Assembly (NCBI GenBank): GCA_048128005.1
Contig: JBEUKZ010000080.1
Span: 62,001-126,000, forward strand
Source of the DNA: Veleropilina oligotropha
Taxonomy: Eukaryota
Reading direction: 5' to 3'
Length of the DNA stretch: 64,000 nt
Below, piece by piece: positions 36,368-51,184 of the stretch. The number at the start of each line of letters is the position of its first letter. Positions within the stretch are counted from its first letter, which is position 1. The position numbers and the translations under genes were made by a program. Below the pieces are notes generated by a model that ran no database searches, was not told the origin of the DNA, and saw only the letters and a list, made by a program, of their open reading frames with translations.

Positions 36368-38992
36368 TAATCCCCTATTGTACTAGCATCGCCTGCTTCA
36401 ATTAACACCTATATCCCGAAACAATAGGAGCGGGCACATCGAGGAGTCCCCGATAATTAGACACAATAAAAAAGCTAACTCTTGAACGGATGGGTCAAAT
36501 TTCATAAAAATCATACCATATATTCATTGCAAAGATGTAGACCGTCAGTTAAAATTTTAAATATATGAAAATATTATTAGCTGTTTTATGGCCGTTTTAG
36601 AACACGAAATTTAAATACGCGTATCTTTTAAATACCACACAATATCAATATTTTATATGCATATTCCGATAGTACACACTCATGAGATTAAAATGAATTA
36701 CGCTTCGTTTCATATTAATACAAATTAAGGGAACCATAGGCATTTTACATTTTAAAATTAAATTGATCATAACCGTTAATGCCTTTTTGCTAACAAGTTT
36801 TCGTTCGCAAAACAATATAGAGATAATAATGATGTCAGCATATGCCGATTTTCACTTCGAACGGAGCAACAATAAACGAGAAAACGTTCGAATTTTTTTA
36901 ATTAATTTAAAATTACGGCGTCACCACAACGACCTATATGCAGCAAACATAACTTAACATAAGCATGAACCCTCCCAGTCAACATTGAAACGAATAGATA
37001 AAGCTGAATAAGATTTATAACCGATATAAAAAATGTCAAAAGTTCAATTTTTTATAAAGATTGAAATAGCCGTAGCCACCTTATTTTACGTCCGATGAAA
37101 TTTTCCTGTGCAAATTTATTTCTTCATATTGTCTATATAATACATCCTGATCGGCGCCTCGATCTGTTTGGCGGTTTCGGAGAAGACTTTTTAAAAAGAG
37201 GTCATTTTTTTGGAAAATACGAGATAGCATCCAAACCGCAATTCCTAGTAAGTCAATTTTGCAGTTTCACACGAGTTCCCTATTATACCTGTCCACTTCT
37301 GAATTTTGAAATGGATCAAATTTGTAGTTTCAGAGATACGTAAGGAACAAACAATCACAAAATAATAATAATTCCTTGAATTACAATAGGCCTTCAGCCT
37401 TTTCAAGGCGTGAAGCCCTAATTATATAGCCCAAATATCTTTATAGCATCAATAATTTTAACAATAGCCCTGATATAAAATAATTAGTGTGACCATCATA
37501 GCTTTAAGAATTTATCAAATATGTGCATAAATTACCACCTAATTTAGATATGTGACGTTACCCTTTGGCAACCATCTTGGATTATTTCGTTGCTTTAAGC
37601 TGTTAATAAATTATATTTTGTTGAAGAAGTCTATTCCAAATGATGAGAAAGTGTGTTCTAGTATCGATACCTATAATGGGAAAAATATATTGATATCTCA
37701 AAATTTGACACATTATATGGTAAATCACCGATATATATATCAGTTTTACAGATGAATGTCAGTCTTATTCAAACGTCATTTTAAAAGTATTCATCTCCTT
37801 TCGTTAAAATAAACCACAATAACACCATCATGCATGTAATACTTTGTTATGTACAACTTATGAACCATTAATATATCATTTTTGTTTCGAAAACAAATTC
37901 AGTCGGGGGCCATTTTGAAATCCAAGATGACCGTCTTAAAAAATTAGAAATTGCAATTTTGTTTTGTTTTTGAACCACAGATAAATATCATGGGTTTTAT
38001 AAAATAATTTAACAGTTCCTATGACATTATTGCTAAGAAAATGTTGAAGAATACTGTTAATGTCTAAAATTGCGCTTCTTTCCATAACTTAATATTTGAC
38101 ATGCCATCGTAAATCGGCTATGTTTCAGTTCACAGGTTGAATATCAGTCTCATTCAAGTGCTATTTTAAAGAGTATTTATCCATCTTCATTAAAATAAAT
38201 CACAACATTATCAAACACTTATATCACTTTATTTATCCCTCTTCATTAAAATAAATCATAATAACACCCTCATGCATGTTGTAGTTTGTTGTGTTCAACT
38301 AATGAACTACTAATATATCATTTATTGTTTCGAAAACAAATTCAGTCGGCGGCCATTTTGAAATCCAAGATGGCCACCACATCTTAAAAATTAGAATTTC
38401 CAATTTTGTTTTGTTTTGAAACCACAGATAATACAATTCCTATGAAATTATTGCTGAGAAAAAGCTGAAGAACACTGTTAATGGTCTAAAATTTTGCGAT
38501 GCTTTCCATATTTCGATATTTTACATGCCATCGTAAATCGGCTATGTTTCAGTTCACAGGTTGAATATCAGTCTCATTTAAGTGCTATTTTATAGAGTAT
38601 TTATCCCTCGTCATTAAAATAAATCACAACTTTATCAAACACTTATATCACTTTAAGCTTCAAAACTGTTATGTTATGAGTCTATATATGCTTAAGAATG
38701 AAAGCACAATATTGACGTGTGACCTAGTTTAATAGACTGACTTAGATACAGCATTATGATTTGCTAATTATAGTTATAGTCCGTTTCACATTAGAACGTA
38801 TAGTCGTTTCATAATGTTACATCTCCCCTTCACCGAAGTTTGCATAAATTAACATAAGTGAAAGTAAGTTACCAAGCTTGTTATAATGGTATATCATTTT
38901 ACTTGAAGGTAAGTTAGTGTCCTTGATCGACTTGAATACGAATTTCACGCTGATTCATTTAACACTGATATAAAATTAACACTGATATAAAA

Positions 38993-41900
38993 TTAACACT
39001 GATAGTCTCTGAATCTCGCTGGTGGTCGAACAATTCTGCCACTGGAAGTACGTATAATGTTCGTATCTGGTTCTGGGTTTTCATCTCGTGGAAGGATGAT
39101 GGATCGTTCACAAGGCGTTGTATTGTCAGGTAGTTCATCGATAGGGGGTCCTGAAATAGTGGGGGCTGGTTCTGACGTTTTCAAAAGGTGTCGACGATTT
39201 CGTCGATAGGATTGTGCTTCTGGGGTGGTAACGATGTAGGATCTCGGCGCAGAATGTTTTTCGGTAACAACTGCAGGTTCCCACACGTTGTTCTTCGCAA
39301 TACGAACACTGTCACCAACACTGATTTTAGGTAGTTGTTTCGAATGTCTATCGTAGTATTTTCTTTGTTTGTGTTGGCGAACTTCGAGACTTTGACGAGC
39401 TTTTGATGGTAGCTTTGGCTCCAGGTGTTGATTGGTTGAGGGTAGTTTCGATGTCAATAGACGACTCATTAGTAGCTCGGATGGGGAATAACGCAAACCT
39501 GATACAGGGCTGTTTCGATAGTTAAGAAGCGCTATGTACGGATCTTGTCCGTCGTCGTCTGCTTTCCTCAGAATTTGCTTCACAGTTTGCACTGCTCGTT
39601 CACTCATTCCATTGGATTGCGGATAGGTTGGGCTCGATGTTGTTATTTTGATATCCCAATCGATAGCGAATTTGTTCATTTCACTGCTTGCGAATGGCAT
39701 GTTGTCGCAACATAATTCCTCGGGTATGCCATGTCTAGAGAAGATCGACTTCAAACTTGTGATGACACTCTTTGATGTCTTATCGGGTAGAATGATGATC
39801 TCTGGAAATTTCGAGTAGTAGTCGACAACTACAAGGTAATCGTGCGTCTTGTATTGAAATAAATCTGTTGCGACTTTTTGCCAAGGCCTTTCTGGTAAGG
39901 GATGGGGTAATAGTGGTTCTTTCTGGTTTCGATTTTTGTGTTTGTTGCATATTGAACACTTCGAAATAGAGTCCTCAATGTCGCTTGACATTCCAGGCCA
40001 ATATATAACTTTGCGAGCTCGTGACTTGCATTTCTCAATACCCATGTGACCTTCGTGGATAGTCTTCAACATCTCGGATCGCATTTCAGTGGGTATGACT
40101 AACTTGTCACCCAAGAAGATAAGACCTTCCGCCTCATGAAGTTCATTTCTCGAGTTCCAAAACTGTCTCAGATTTAACTTTACAGCAGCTTTGTGATGAG
40201 GCCATCCATCCTTCATGACTACTTTTAAGTCCTGAAGTGTTTCATCTGTAGCAGTCAATTGTTTTAACTCTTCTTGTTTCCTGCTAGTGATTGGTAAGTT
40301 CTCAACAATTGAATGAACTCGTACTTCGATGTCGCTAGTAGCATCTACATCTTCTTTGTTAGGTCCCATGGTAGCTCTTGACAACGTGTCGGCTATGAAC
40401 ATGAGTTTTCCTGGTAAGTATGAGACGTTTACATGGTACTTCATCAGCCGCAGCAACATTAATTGTAATCTAGGCGTTGCGTTCTGTAGGGATTTCTTCA
40501 GGATCGATTCGAGAGGTTTGTGATCCGACTGTACATTAATGGGTTTTCCGTACACATAGTGATGAAATTTCTCACAGGCAAAAACAATAGCAAGAAGCTC
40601 CTTCTCGATTTGTGCATAGTTTTCCTCTGCTGATGTGAGTGACCTTGACGCATAGGCTATCGGGTGGCCTTCTTGGATAAGACAAGCTCCGAGTCCATAT
40701 TGTGATGCATCAGCTTGTATCGTGACTGATTTAGTTACATCATAGAACGCAAGAACTGGTTTGCTCATGAGAATGTTCTTCAAGTGTTCATATGCGCGAT
40801 CATGCTCGTGATTCCATGACCATGGAGAGTCTAGCTTCAGTAAATCTCTGAGAGGCGCTGTAATAGTTGACATGTTTGGGATAAACTGTGCTACATAGTT
40901 TAACATCCCCAGGAATCTGCGTATGTCGTGCTTGTTTTGCGGTTGAGGCATTCCAGCTATAGCGAGAACTCGATCCTCGTCTGGTTTCAAACCTTGTGCT
41001 GATATCACATTTCCCATGTACTTCACCTCTGGCACTCGCAGTTGAATTTTGCTTTTGTTGAATTTCACATTTTTCTCTCTGGCTCTTGTCATAACCTGTT
41101 GGAGAATTTTGTCGTGCTCATCTTCATCTTTGCCAGCAACAATGAGATCATCTGAAATCATACGCACACCTTCGATGTCTCCGAATGTGGCTTCGTTTCG
41201 TTTTTGGAAAACTTCACTGGCTGAGCAAATCCCGAATGGCATTCGAAGAAACCTGTACCTACCGAAAGGAGTGTTAAAGGTACACAAGTACGAACTGGAT
41301 TCATCCAATTTCACTTGCCAGTAGCCGTCTTTCTCGTCTAGAATTGTGAATACACTTTTACCACTGAGTTTGCTGGTAATATCTTCGGAGGTCGGTATCT
41401 GATGATGTTCCCTTTTGATTGCTTTGTTTAATTCTTTAGGGTCCAAACAGAGTCTGAGAGATCCGTTCTTTTTCTCAACAATAACCAAACTGTTCACCCA
41501 GTCTGTTGGTTTGTCGACTTTGGCGACTACACCGGATGTCTCTAACTTTCTAAGAGTTTCCTGCAACTTAGCATGCAACGTATGGGGTACACGTCTTGGT
41601 GGGTGTATTGTTGGTATTATGTCTTCTTTCAATTCGATGTGGTACGTACCTTCGAGGGTTCCAATACCGGTGAAGACATCACTGTACTCGTCTACCAACT
41701 GCTGTTTCGTGATTAGATTCGATGTTAGGGATTCAATCTTTTTCACCAGATTTAGTTCTTTGCAGGTGGATAGACCAAGGATAGGGGATACCATTCCTTT
41801 AACAACATAGAACTCAAACATAGAACTCTTTGCACTTGTACCTGTTTTACACTCGGCAAGAATTTTACCTATGTGTGGCACATTTGATCCTCCATAGGCG

Positions 41901-43572
41901 GATAGCACTGCGTCGGTTTCCAATAGTTTGGGTTTCGGGTTAAGTTTGTTGTACACACTCTGAGGTATAACGTTAGTTTGTGCTCCAGTGTCCAGTTTCA
42001 CTTTCAATTTTACGTTCTGGACTTGGATGTTTGAAAACCATGACTCATTGGTTTCATTTGGTTTATTTACATCACCAACGCATAAAGATATAGTTCCTAT
42101 ATACAGTTCATCATCAGATGCATTTTGTTTTTCGTATGATTGTGTTTCGTCGATAGTGTTCATATCGTACGTTTTTTTTGTCATGCACATTTTCGCAAAA
42201 TGATTTTTACCTTTGCAAACAACACCGTATGCGGGGCACGCACGAGGGGGGTGTTTGTTTCCGCACCTTCTACAGCTAGCATTGCTATTTGGTTGCTTTG
42301 CATTGACGTGTTTGCCTTTATACCGCTGTTTGGGTTTTGATGCGTTTGACTGTTGTTTATTTATTGCATGTACAGTTGCGTCATGTGATTGTATGGTTTT
42401 TACCTGATTCATGCTTGCTTCGGAGGCGCGACATATTTCAACAGCTTTTGTCATTGAAAGATCAGGAGAATCACGTAACAAACGTTCTTTTAATCGAATG
42501 TTCTTGACGCCAAACACAATACGATCACGAATTAGACTGTCGTGTTGATCACCAAATTCACAAGATTTCGCACGCATTTTTAGATCGGTAACAAACTGAT
42601 CGATTGACTCACCGTCCATTTGATTTCGCTCCCAGAACTTGTATCGTTCGAATACTGTGTTCTTTCGGGGGTTGCAGTAGGCTTTAAATTTCGATTCGAC
42701 AATGTCCAGTTTGTCACTGTCGTTGGGGTTAACGAACACGAATGTATTAAATACTTCGAGCGCATCGCTTCCCACGCAATGAAGCAATATCACGGGCCTT
42801 TGTCGCATGCCAGAAAATCGTTCGATCAATGATGCTCCCGGTCGCCTGGTATCCATTATATAAGAGAGGGTAGATAACTCGAGTGTGACACGTCCCGCTT
42901 CCAGACTCAATTTTCTTATTATTAATAAACTCTGAACCAAACCATTGCTTTCACGCTATGCGCAACATATTTACCCGTAATCACCAACAATGACAACGAC
43001 GAAAATCCATTACGTAACAAGAAAAGCGAGTTATTCATTGTTTACCCAACTCTGTACGAACCGATGGCGGATTGCCGCCTGCCGCCATTTTATATACATA
43101 TACTTTCAAGTAACAGCCAATGAGATCGTAGGATTTAATTTCATCCGCCATCGGTTCGTACAGAGTTGGGTAAACAATGAATAACTGTCGCTTTTCTTGT
43201 TACGTAATGGATTTTCGTCGTTGTCATTGTTGGTGATTACAGGTAAATATGTTGCGCATAGCGTGAAAGCAATGGTTTGGTTCAGAGTTTATTAATAATA
43301 AGAAAATTGAGTCTGGAAGCGGGACGTGTCACACTCGAGTTATCTACCCTCCCTTATATAATGGATACCAGGCGACCGGGAGCATCATTGATCGAACGAT
43401 TTTCTGGCATGCGACAAAGGCCCGTGAGCAATATGGCTACTTGCGTGACTTCGGGTTTGTCGACCGCACCGGACGCTGTCAAGTATAACTTGAATCGTTG
43501 GCTCCATTTACGCCAGTTTTCCGCTAGATTTCCTTCTAACGATAATTCGGAGGGTGGATTAAATTTATCCAT
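38993..43572 (-). pseudogene. Single-ORF gag-pol (Gag, protease, RT, RNase H, integrase) interrupted by a MITE
   Basis: Gag starts MDKFNPPSEL at 43572 and resumes HCVGSDALEVFN after the insert. Motifs LDTGA, ISDDL, DAS..GLGA, H..H...C..C, DLF/DN/ER. Confidence 0.92.
42791..43426. mobile_element. Foldback MITE with 8-bp TSD (P-element-like termini; hAT not excluded)
   Basis: CACGGGCC...GGCCCGTG termini, ~280-bp inverted arms and TSD AGCAATAT (42783-42790 / 43427-43434). Confidence 0.85.
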
Positions 43573-44121
43573 TTCGAAAAGTTATCTCAGTTCTGACACC
43601 ATGTTATGTTATGAGTCTATATATGCTTAAGAATGAAAGCACAACATTCACGAGTGACCTAGTTTAATAGACTGACTTAGATACAGCATTATGATTTGCT
43701 AATTATAGTTATAGTCCGTTTCACATTAGAACGTATAGTCCGTTTCATAATGTTACAAAAACCATATTCAGTTGGCTGCCTTTTTGAAATCCAAGATGGT
43801 TATCTCAGCGTAAAAATTAAAATTTGCAAATATTTTTTGGTGGTCTAATTTTACATGCATATAGGCACAAATTTTTTGCTTCTAATTGGATTATGAACGG
43901 AGTTATAGCCAAAAACATACTTTAAGGGTACCCCCTTTTGGCGCTGTTTTTCGACAAGGGTATCGACCTTTAAATACAATTTTCTACCCTTAAGCTACCA
44001 CTCCCAGAGTGCTATCATGCCTTAATAGAACCGGGAAATATCACTCTTACCTAAAAATATAGTGAACCTTTGGGCGGAATTTTATACCAAATCCTGAAAA
44101 TCGGGGTTCCATCTGTGGGAC

Positions 44122-44418
44122 TACTACATATCTAATCTCCACTAGGTAAATAACATTACCACTGGCTACATATCTAATCTCCACTAGGTAAATAACATTA
44201 CCACTGGCTACATATCTAATCACCTCCAGGTAAATAGCATTACTACTGGCTACATATCTAATCTCCTCCAGGTAAATAGTATTACTACTGGCTACATATC
44301 TAATCTCCTCCAGGTAAATAGCATTACTACTGGGCTATGTATCTAATCTCCTGCAGGCAAATACAATTACCACTGGGATATATAATATCTTCTTCAGGTA
44401 AACAACATTACCACTGGG

Positions 44419-44449
<31 letters not shown>

Positions 44450-44612
44450 CATATACATACATGCATACATACATACATACATACATACTCTCCTCCATAT
44501 ATATATATCTAATCTTTTCCAGGTACATAACATTACCTCTGGGCTACATATCTAATCTCATCCAGGTAAATAACATTGCCTGCATTAGGCTTTATATCTA
44601 ATCATCTCCAAG
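44122..44612. repeat. ~37-41 bp minisatellite with an embedded TA/TACA microsatellite
   Basis: ctacatatctaatctcc..caggtaaata.cattac.actgg repeated. Confidence 0.85.
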
Positions 44613-44901
44613 TAGAGACCAGCGCTGTTATGGTCACACACAGGGTGGGTGAGCTGCTGTAATTCCGCATTCGACAGCAACCAGACTGGTGATCACAATA
44701 AAAAGCAGTGGTGAGCTACCACTCAGCCACCTAGATGTCATGTGATCATCAGTGATGTCATGTGATCATCGGTGATGTCATGTGATCATCAGTGATGTCA
44801 TGAGTAATGATCAGATGACAACATTTCTTAAATGATTAGCATTTCCAACATTGAAGGCTGAAATCCAGTCACGTTATGTTTTGGTATCAGATTTATCTTG
44901 T

Positions 44902-45163
44902 GAGGAGGAGGAATGATGCTTAATGTCCTGTATATTTACAACATCGAGGTTCAAGGCAGGACATGTCCGTGTTATCACGGGAGGAAACCTCGGTCGCCCG
45001 GGTAAACCTGCCCTCTTCGGCCAGTCGCCGACAACTGTAATTCATAACTTGAACAAATGTCAATGCCTCAGCCAGGTATTGAATCCACTACTGTTCGCAT
45101 TAGCGGAATCAAGCCAGTGAATTTAGAGTGGACATTCTTACCCACTGCGCTGCCGAAGCGGCC
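44902..45163 (-). mobile_element. tRNA-derived SINE copy
   Basis: Reverse complement of the 62855 copy, flanked by a gatttatcttgt duplication. Confidence 0.8.
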
Positions 45164-48100
45164 AAAGGGATTTATCTTGTTAACAGTATCATATATCTGC
45201 ATGACAGTTGACAAGAGTACACAATAATACCTTATATAATTTATTCCTGAAATTGTGTAGAATTGCAAATACCTGTGAAAAAAGTATGATCTAGTACTAA
45301 TATCAAATAGACATCATTTTGAATAATCATGTAAATATATAAATAAATTTTAGGTACGTAATATAAATATATTGTAACATAGAATTAAATACATGTATAA
45401 GTCATGGAATACATTTTTTGATGCATGTACAGACAAACAAATGATTGTGCTTAAAAGACAGGAATAAATTTGAATGAATTAAGACTTACGTTAAGTCGAT
45501 AGAGATCATGTTGCTCATCAATACTAAAAGTATTACATCTATTGCTTTGTGTTTTATGATCTAAAGTGTTGTATTGCTTTGAATTTGAAATTTTAAGTAT
45601 AGGGCATAATCAAGCTGTACATGGCTCTTTACAATGTTTATTATCAATACAAAATATGTATAATGAATTGAAAATAATGTTGTCTCGATGTAGGAGAAGA
45701 GATATTCCCTGAATTTTTATTTAAACATAAGTTACAGTAGACCTACTTGATCAATAAATACTAGTAGCAATTTCTAATACATTACCAATTGCTATCATAA
45801 CAATATAATAGCACCAGAACATTCATGAATCTCTTTATGCTGCAATAAATGCTACATCCGTATTTACTGTAATTGCTGTTCTTGGGGTCTTATTGTTTCA
45901 AAACATTAATTTACAATTTAGCAAGATACTACTAAATAGTCAAAAATTACCATTTGAAAGGATCAATTTTTTATTACGTTATGTAAATTTACATTAAATT
46001 ACTTTGGTTTATTATTTCCATTTAATACCCTTCAGGATAATAACAGAACATATCCATATTATAGTTAACATGGGAGGATGAATGATTGATTGAATTGATG
46101 TTTAACGACCACGCTGACAATATTTTGGCCAAAATCGGGTCAATCGACGATTCGACTTTAAATGCTAAAATAACTAGATATGTAATAGACAATACACTGC
46201 CAGCACGAGGGTTATTTAACATAAAGTCTCGAGCGTCAGGGAGAGGCTTTATTAGATAACACCGCGAGGTGTCGATGTATTATCTATTAAACACACTATA
46301 ATTAAAATCTATTGTATAATTGCAAGCCTGTAACCCCTTATAACATGAGAGTCGACTCTTCCATCAGCATGTTGTCAAATCCTTTTGTCGCTGACTAGCC
46401 AGTGAGTTAACCCGTTGTCTGGATTGTGAACTGGAACAATGACACTACCATATTGTTCAGATATCCCTGCTCATGATGAGTATGTTAGATGCAGTAATGA
46501 CGTTCGTAATACACATACAGGGCAAATCACCGCGCATGTTAGATACAGTAATGACGTTAGTAATACACATAGAGGTCAAATCAACGTAAATATAATGGGG
46601 AGGAAAGTCTGGGAGAACCTGGCTGCACTATACATCGGTTATGGGACAATGCGAGGCTGACTGTTAATTACACAGTGTATGAACTGCGGATTCGAACCCA
46701 CTTCTCTCAAACCAATGCACTAATGTTCCAGTCAATATTATGATCATTTATCCCGACCCCCCACCTCAGGACATGTAGGGAAATATATTGATAACTGCTC
46801 TCCGGGGATTCAAAAACGATTCCATGATATTTGCTTAGGTGGGCGCTGAGTTTACTTTAAAAATTATATATTTATCACTGCGATATGGTCTCTTTTGCCA
46901 TTTGAGCTGACAAATTTGGATTCTACTGTACTATACATTTTTACTCAGAAGGCAGGTTAAACATGTACAATTCATGGTCATAGCGGGGGTGGGGGGGGGG
47001 GGGGTGGGGCCTCACGTGAAGAAATTTTTTGATAATCAATGGTATTCAGCTGCCTCGTGTATTCTAACAGTGATAATTCGTTATTTCTTGCCTAAATTTA
47101 TGAACCATTTTAGCCATTCTACATGGGTAACAAGTAGCAATATAAAACATACTTATTAGTTTTTTCGTTTTTATCACAATGTAGGAGGGGTCGTTTGTAC
47201 TTGGTTATAAATGCCATGTGCAACGCTACCCAATATTATCATCATAACTACAGTAAAATATTGTGCATACTAATAAAATTCAGCTTTAGTATTTCTGCAT
47301 ACAAATATAATATTATTATATATAATGTACTGAAAGTCATTTGTGTCTACATATTATTTTATTATGCTTGTTCAAACTGTGCCTGGGATTTGAAACAATT
47401 AGTCAACTATTAAATATATTTCCCTAACTTATGGTGCGGGAAATGTGTGGAAAACGTGACAATTTGGAGAGAGACAGACACTGATTTCCCCAGGTAAGTT
47501 GCCCCAGGGGTGGTTCATTTGCCAAAATTGACACCACTTAATTTCTTTTCCCCACATAACCTCAAGGTGTGGATGGATCGCGACTAAATATTGACTGGAA
47601 TGGAAGTATAAGATTGCATTGGGAACTACACTACTATCGCCTTGGTGTTGGAACTGACTTCTGACAAATAGTGGTTATTGCAGAAACTCGATAGATAATA
47701 TCTAAGTTCAGAAACCTGTAAAAACTTTATCACATGATAATCCAACAAAACTATCAATGACAGGCAATATAGATGATGTTAGTACATGGGTGTATGTCTG
47801 CATATGGCACTGGATATTAAAGGAACTCAACAGATACATGATTCAATGACTAATTTGTTAGTTTTGTCATTGGAAAAAATGTATGTGTTTTATTATGCGA
47901 GATACTAAAATACGAAAATACAAAAATAAAGTTTTTATTTACATATGCCTTGGATAAACAGACAAAGGGTGTAAATATATATCTCTGGTGAACTATATAA
48001 CATTCGGTGTAATGAAGAGACATTTTTCATAAATTATGATAAAATAGTAAAAAAATTCATAAATACAAATATACATCTATTGAGTAAAACAATTAGTAAA

Positions 48101-50514
48101 TAAAAATAAGATATTTCGATAAGAGCAATAAAATGACCATATAATATATAATTATATATTTATTCAGATAATATTCGTCATCATGCTACAGAATTTGACA
48201 CCTATTTGATTTTCTTAAAATAGAATCTTATATTTGCATTCTGTTAGAACTAAACTGTTACCTTAAGAATATTATATGTCTACGAGTGTAAATTTTTCTA
48301 AAATATACTGAGAGTAAGACTGAACTATTCGCAATGCCTAACACAGAACTTTACCATCTATTTTCATGGTTTTCAGCCAGACGTAGTTGATAAATCTGAA
48401 ATATCTTCATTGGAGTCGAACGCCAGCATTGTTCAAGCAGGGCAAGTAGCTTGAGAACTATGAAGCCACAAAGGCAATGAAAATGAATGAGGACAAAAGC
48501 TTTAAAACATTAATTGTTATGTAAAATAGTGTAATTTTGTCATGGATAGTCATAATCATTGATTAATTGGTATATTCAATGAAACAGTCATTAATATAAA
48601 ATGTTCATATCAAAATTTAAAAGTAACAATATCGAAATAAAATCACTGACTATCACTAACAAAGTACAAAATAAAATTAGTTTTAAAAAAGGGTTTATTA
48701 AATAAAAACCCTCAAGAAAACAGAGGTATACGAAGCACCTGAACAGCAAGGCTTGTCTAATTTACCGTAAAATGAAAGTACCAACCTCAGGGTACAGAAA
48801 AAACGAACACATTTACATCTACCAAGACTTGTCAAAGGTTTGTAAATTCAAATAATACAAAACAAATATGTACATCTATGCAAACAATCTATATACACAG
48901 ATATATTTACAAAGGCTTACAGCCAAGGTCAATATACATTTGTACAGTATTACAACAAGACATACTTATTGAGAGAATATACATAGGCTGCTAGTGACAG
49001 TAATAAATAGAGCAAAAAGACCAGTTTAAAACATATCGGTATAAGTACACGAGGAGTTTCAGGATAACATACACAAATCAAATAATGTACATATCACAAG
49101 TAAGGCATGCTTCTCCCTCCACATGTTGAAACTTTCACTTTCAATGTCAATTTTTTTGGAAATGAAATTTGTGAAATCATATAAACCTAATGAATGCGTA
49201 ACATAAATTAACAATAGTACAGTGAATGATACATTATGCACCCGTTATGTTTTTAAAAATTTTGAAGTTTTCAAACATGGGCCAAGGAAATGTTGAACGA
49301 TATTGGTCAAATTCATAGACTTCTTCCAGCCAGCAAGAGTGTGATGCATAAATGTAAGCCTGCACGAGTTATGGTGCAGGCAACAAATGGTTGATTGATA
49401 TGGATATCTTTTTAAAAAGGACAAGAAGTCGTTGAAAACTCGAAAGGTATTGGTCAAGAATCCAAAGTGAATAAGCTTCTTCTTGTCACATGGTGAACCC
49501 AGCTGGCAAGTTTTATCATATACTGTAACAAGATGTATTTTGGGTAAGGTAATGATATGATCTCGGGCTCTACTTCACTCGGTATACAATAGACAGATAG
49601 TTATTTCATATTCACAACTGTGAAAGGACTGCATCAGTCAAAATGACTATTCCACTAATAATGAAACTTTTTTAAAACTAGGAACAGAAGACCATGAAAT
49701 GCGGATAGATTGTGATCTTCTTCTTTCATCCATATAACCCAGCCAGCGATTTTATTTATAAAGAAAATAGAAGTTTTTGAGTTTTGAGTAATAAAATGAA
49801 ATTTATATATTTTCGAACAAGGTTCTAACAGCAACAGTGAAATTGAATATGGTTCTTCATTGTGTTTATGGTTATTCAAGTTTGTTAAAACATAGTTATC
49901 ATATATCCGGGTCATTTTACATAGCAACAAAGTGTTTAATAAAACAATAATACACGTGTAACTTATGGCTTTCTGTGTAATTTTGATTGGATAATTTAAT
50001 CAATAAACAACCAATGGCAGATCAGATCACAAAAGGTCATTGGTGGTGTGTACCGTCCCTTTACTATGAAACACACATATGGCCAGTTTCAATCATCTTA
50101 ACGTCGATAGCAGCGATCAAGGGAAATACATGCAACTTAAACTGACGACCAATATTTAGTTGAAATATTAGGTGCATAGCTTCAGGTAAGCCATAGCATC
50201 TATAGTTCTAGATAGTTTAACTATCGATAGTTATAGCTTACAGAGTTCAATGTCAGTGCAGGCTAGTTTGGACTTGAGCGATATCGGTGTTCATTTCATT
50301 CGAGAGAATGGCCACCATTTTCTGACGCTTCGAATCAATTTTAGATTTAAATAAACATATTAACGTTGCATATTTATAAAATTATTGTGAAAACTTGTTT
50401 ATAATTGTGAACATATACAAAGCCGACAAATTAGTCATGATTGTGATGCTTTATATGTAAGTTGGCAAAGTTGATATGATAGCAGACGACGACTCGCTCA
50501 GCTTCCAGACGAAA

Positions 50515-50875
50515 TAATGAAATAATAATAATAATAAATAATGTGAAGATTTATCTGCGCTTTCCCACACATACGAGATGCGTGCTCAAAGCGCTTACAT
50601 TATTATTCCCTGGTTATTGGCCGGTTCATTCAAAATTCCTTCTCAACTCTCTCTGAGAGTATTATGGCCAAGTACATGCCTGTTAGGCGCTTGACCAGTC
50701 ATTCTGACATATTCTGCCACTGCCAACCAGGTACCCATTTAGATCTCGGATCGGCTGGGTGAACCGAGGCAATATATGCTTAATTCCTTACCCAAGGGAA
50801 GTCGCCGGGATCGGGGTTGAACCCCAAACCTCTCAAGTGAGAGGCCAGTGCATCTACCACTGTACCACGGCTGCT
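50515..50875 (-). mobile_element. tRNA-derived SINE, second family
   Basis: Minus-strand head gcagccgtggtacagtggtagatgc...ggttcaacccc, core aaatgggtacctggttggc and (TTA)n tail. A related remnant flanks the Ginger element. Confidence 0.65.
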
Positions 50876-51184
50876 ATATAGACACTGAAGCCTCGCGCAT
50901 TTAATGTTATTTTAATAGAGCTTGTTGGATAAGTATGATATTGATTAAGCGATATTAGTTCTTTTTTAAAGCAATTTTTGCTCTTTATAGTTTATAGATT
51001 AGGTAAAACTGGGGTTATTTTTCACATCCATTGCAGCATTTTCATGACGTCAACATTCAATTTGCAATTCACATTCTGCAATATTCCTACACTGCATAAT
51101 TATGTTAGAACGTGTCAGGAAACTTAAAATCAACGTACCATGTAAGCCTACAGCTTGTTTCTTTATAAATTTAGGATATATGAT

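Larger units (their letters stand above)
31116..36451 (+). mobile_element. Internally deleted MULE carrying a nested Academ
   Basis: 9-bp TSD GATAATTAG (31107-31115 / 36452-36460) and short TIR cctcgatgtgcccgc / gcgggcacatcgagg. Confidence 0.8.
30120..37372 (+). repeat. Second copy of the repeat that hosts the viral element, here interrupted by a MULE
   Basis: 30120-31115 matches ~830-1050 plus 2270-3025; 36452-37372 matches 3017-3058 plus 17083-17965. Confidence 0.8.
38667..43757 (-). mobile_element. Full-length Gypsy (Mag-like) LTR retrotransposon
   Basis: ~155-bp TG..CA LTRs (38667-38821, 43602-43757), 5-bp TSD AAAAC, PBS TGGTGTCAGAA (tRNA-Leu-like) and PPT aaggggaga. Confidence 0.95.

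Noticed and set aside
42791..42940. N-terminus of the 1315-aa ORF as native Gag
   Set aside because: It is MITE sequence. Native Gag starts at 43572, and the mirror ORF at 43277 is the other palindrome arm.
37410..44122. A larger DNA transposon enclosing the Gypsy element (internal direct repeats 37750-38660)
   Set aside because: One end resembles an Academ-like terminus (gggacta at ~44122), but I could not find a matching opposite TIR or TSD.
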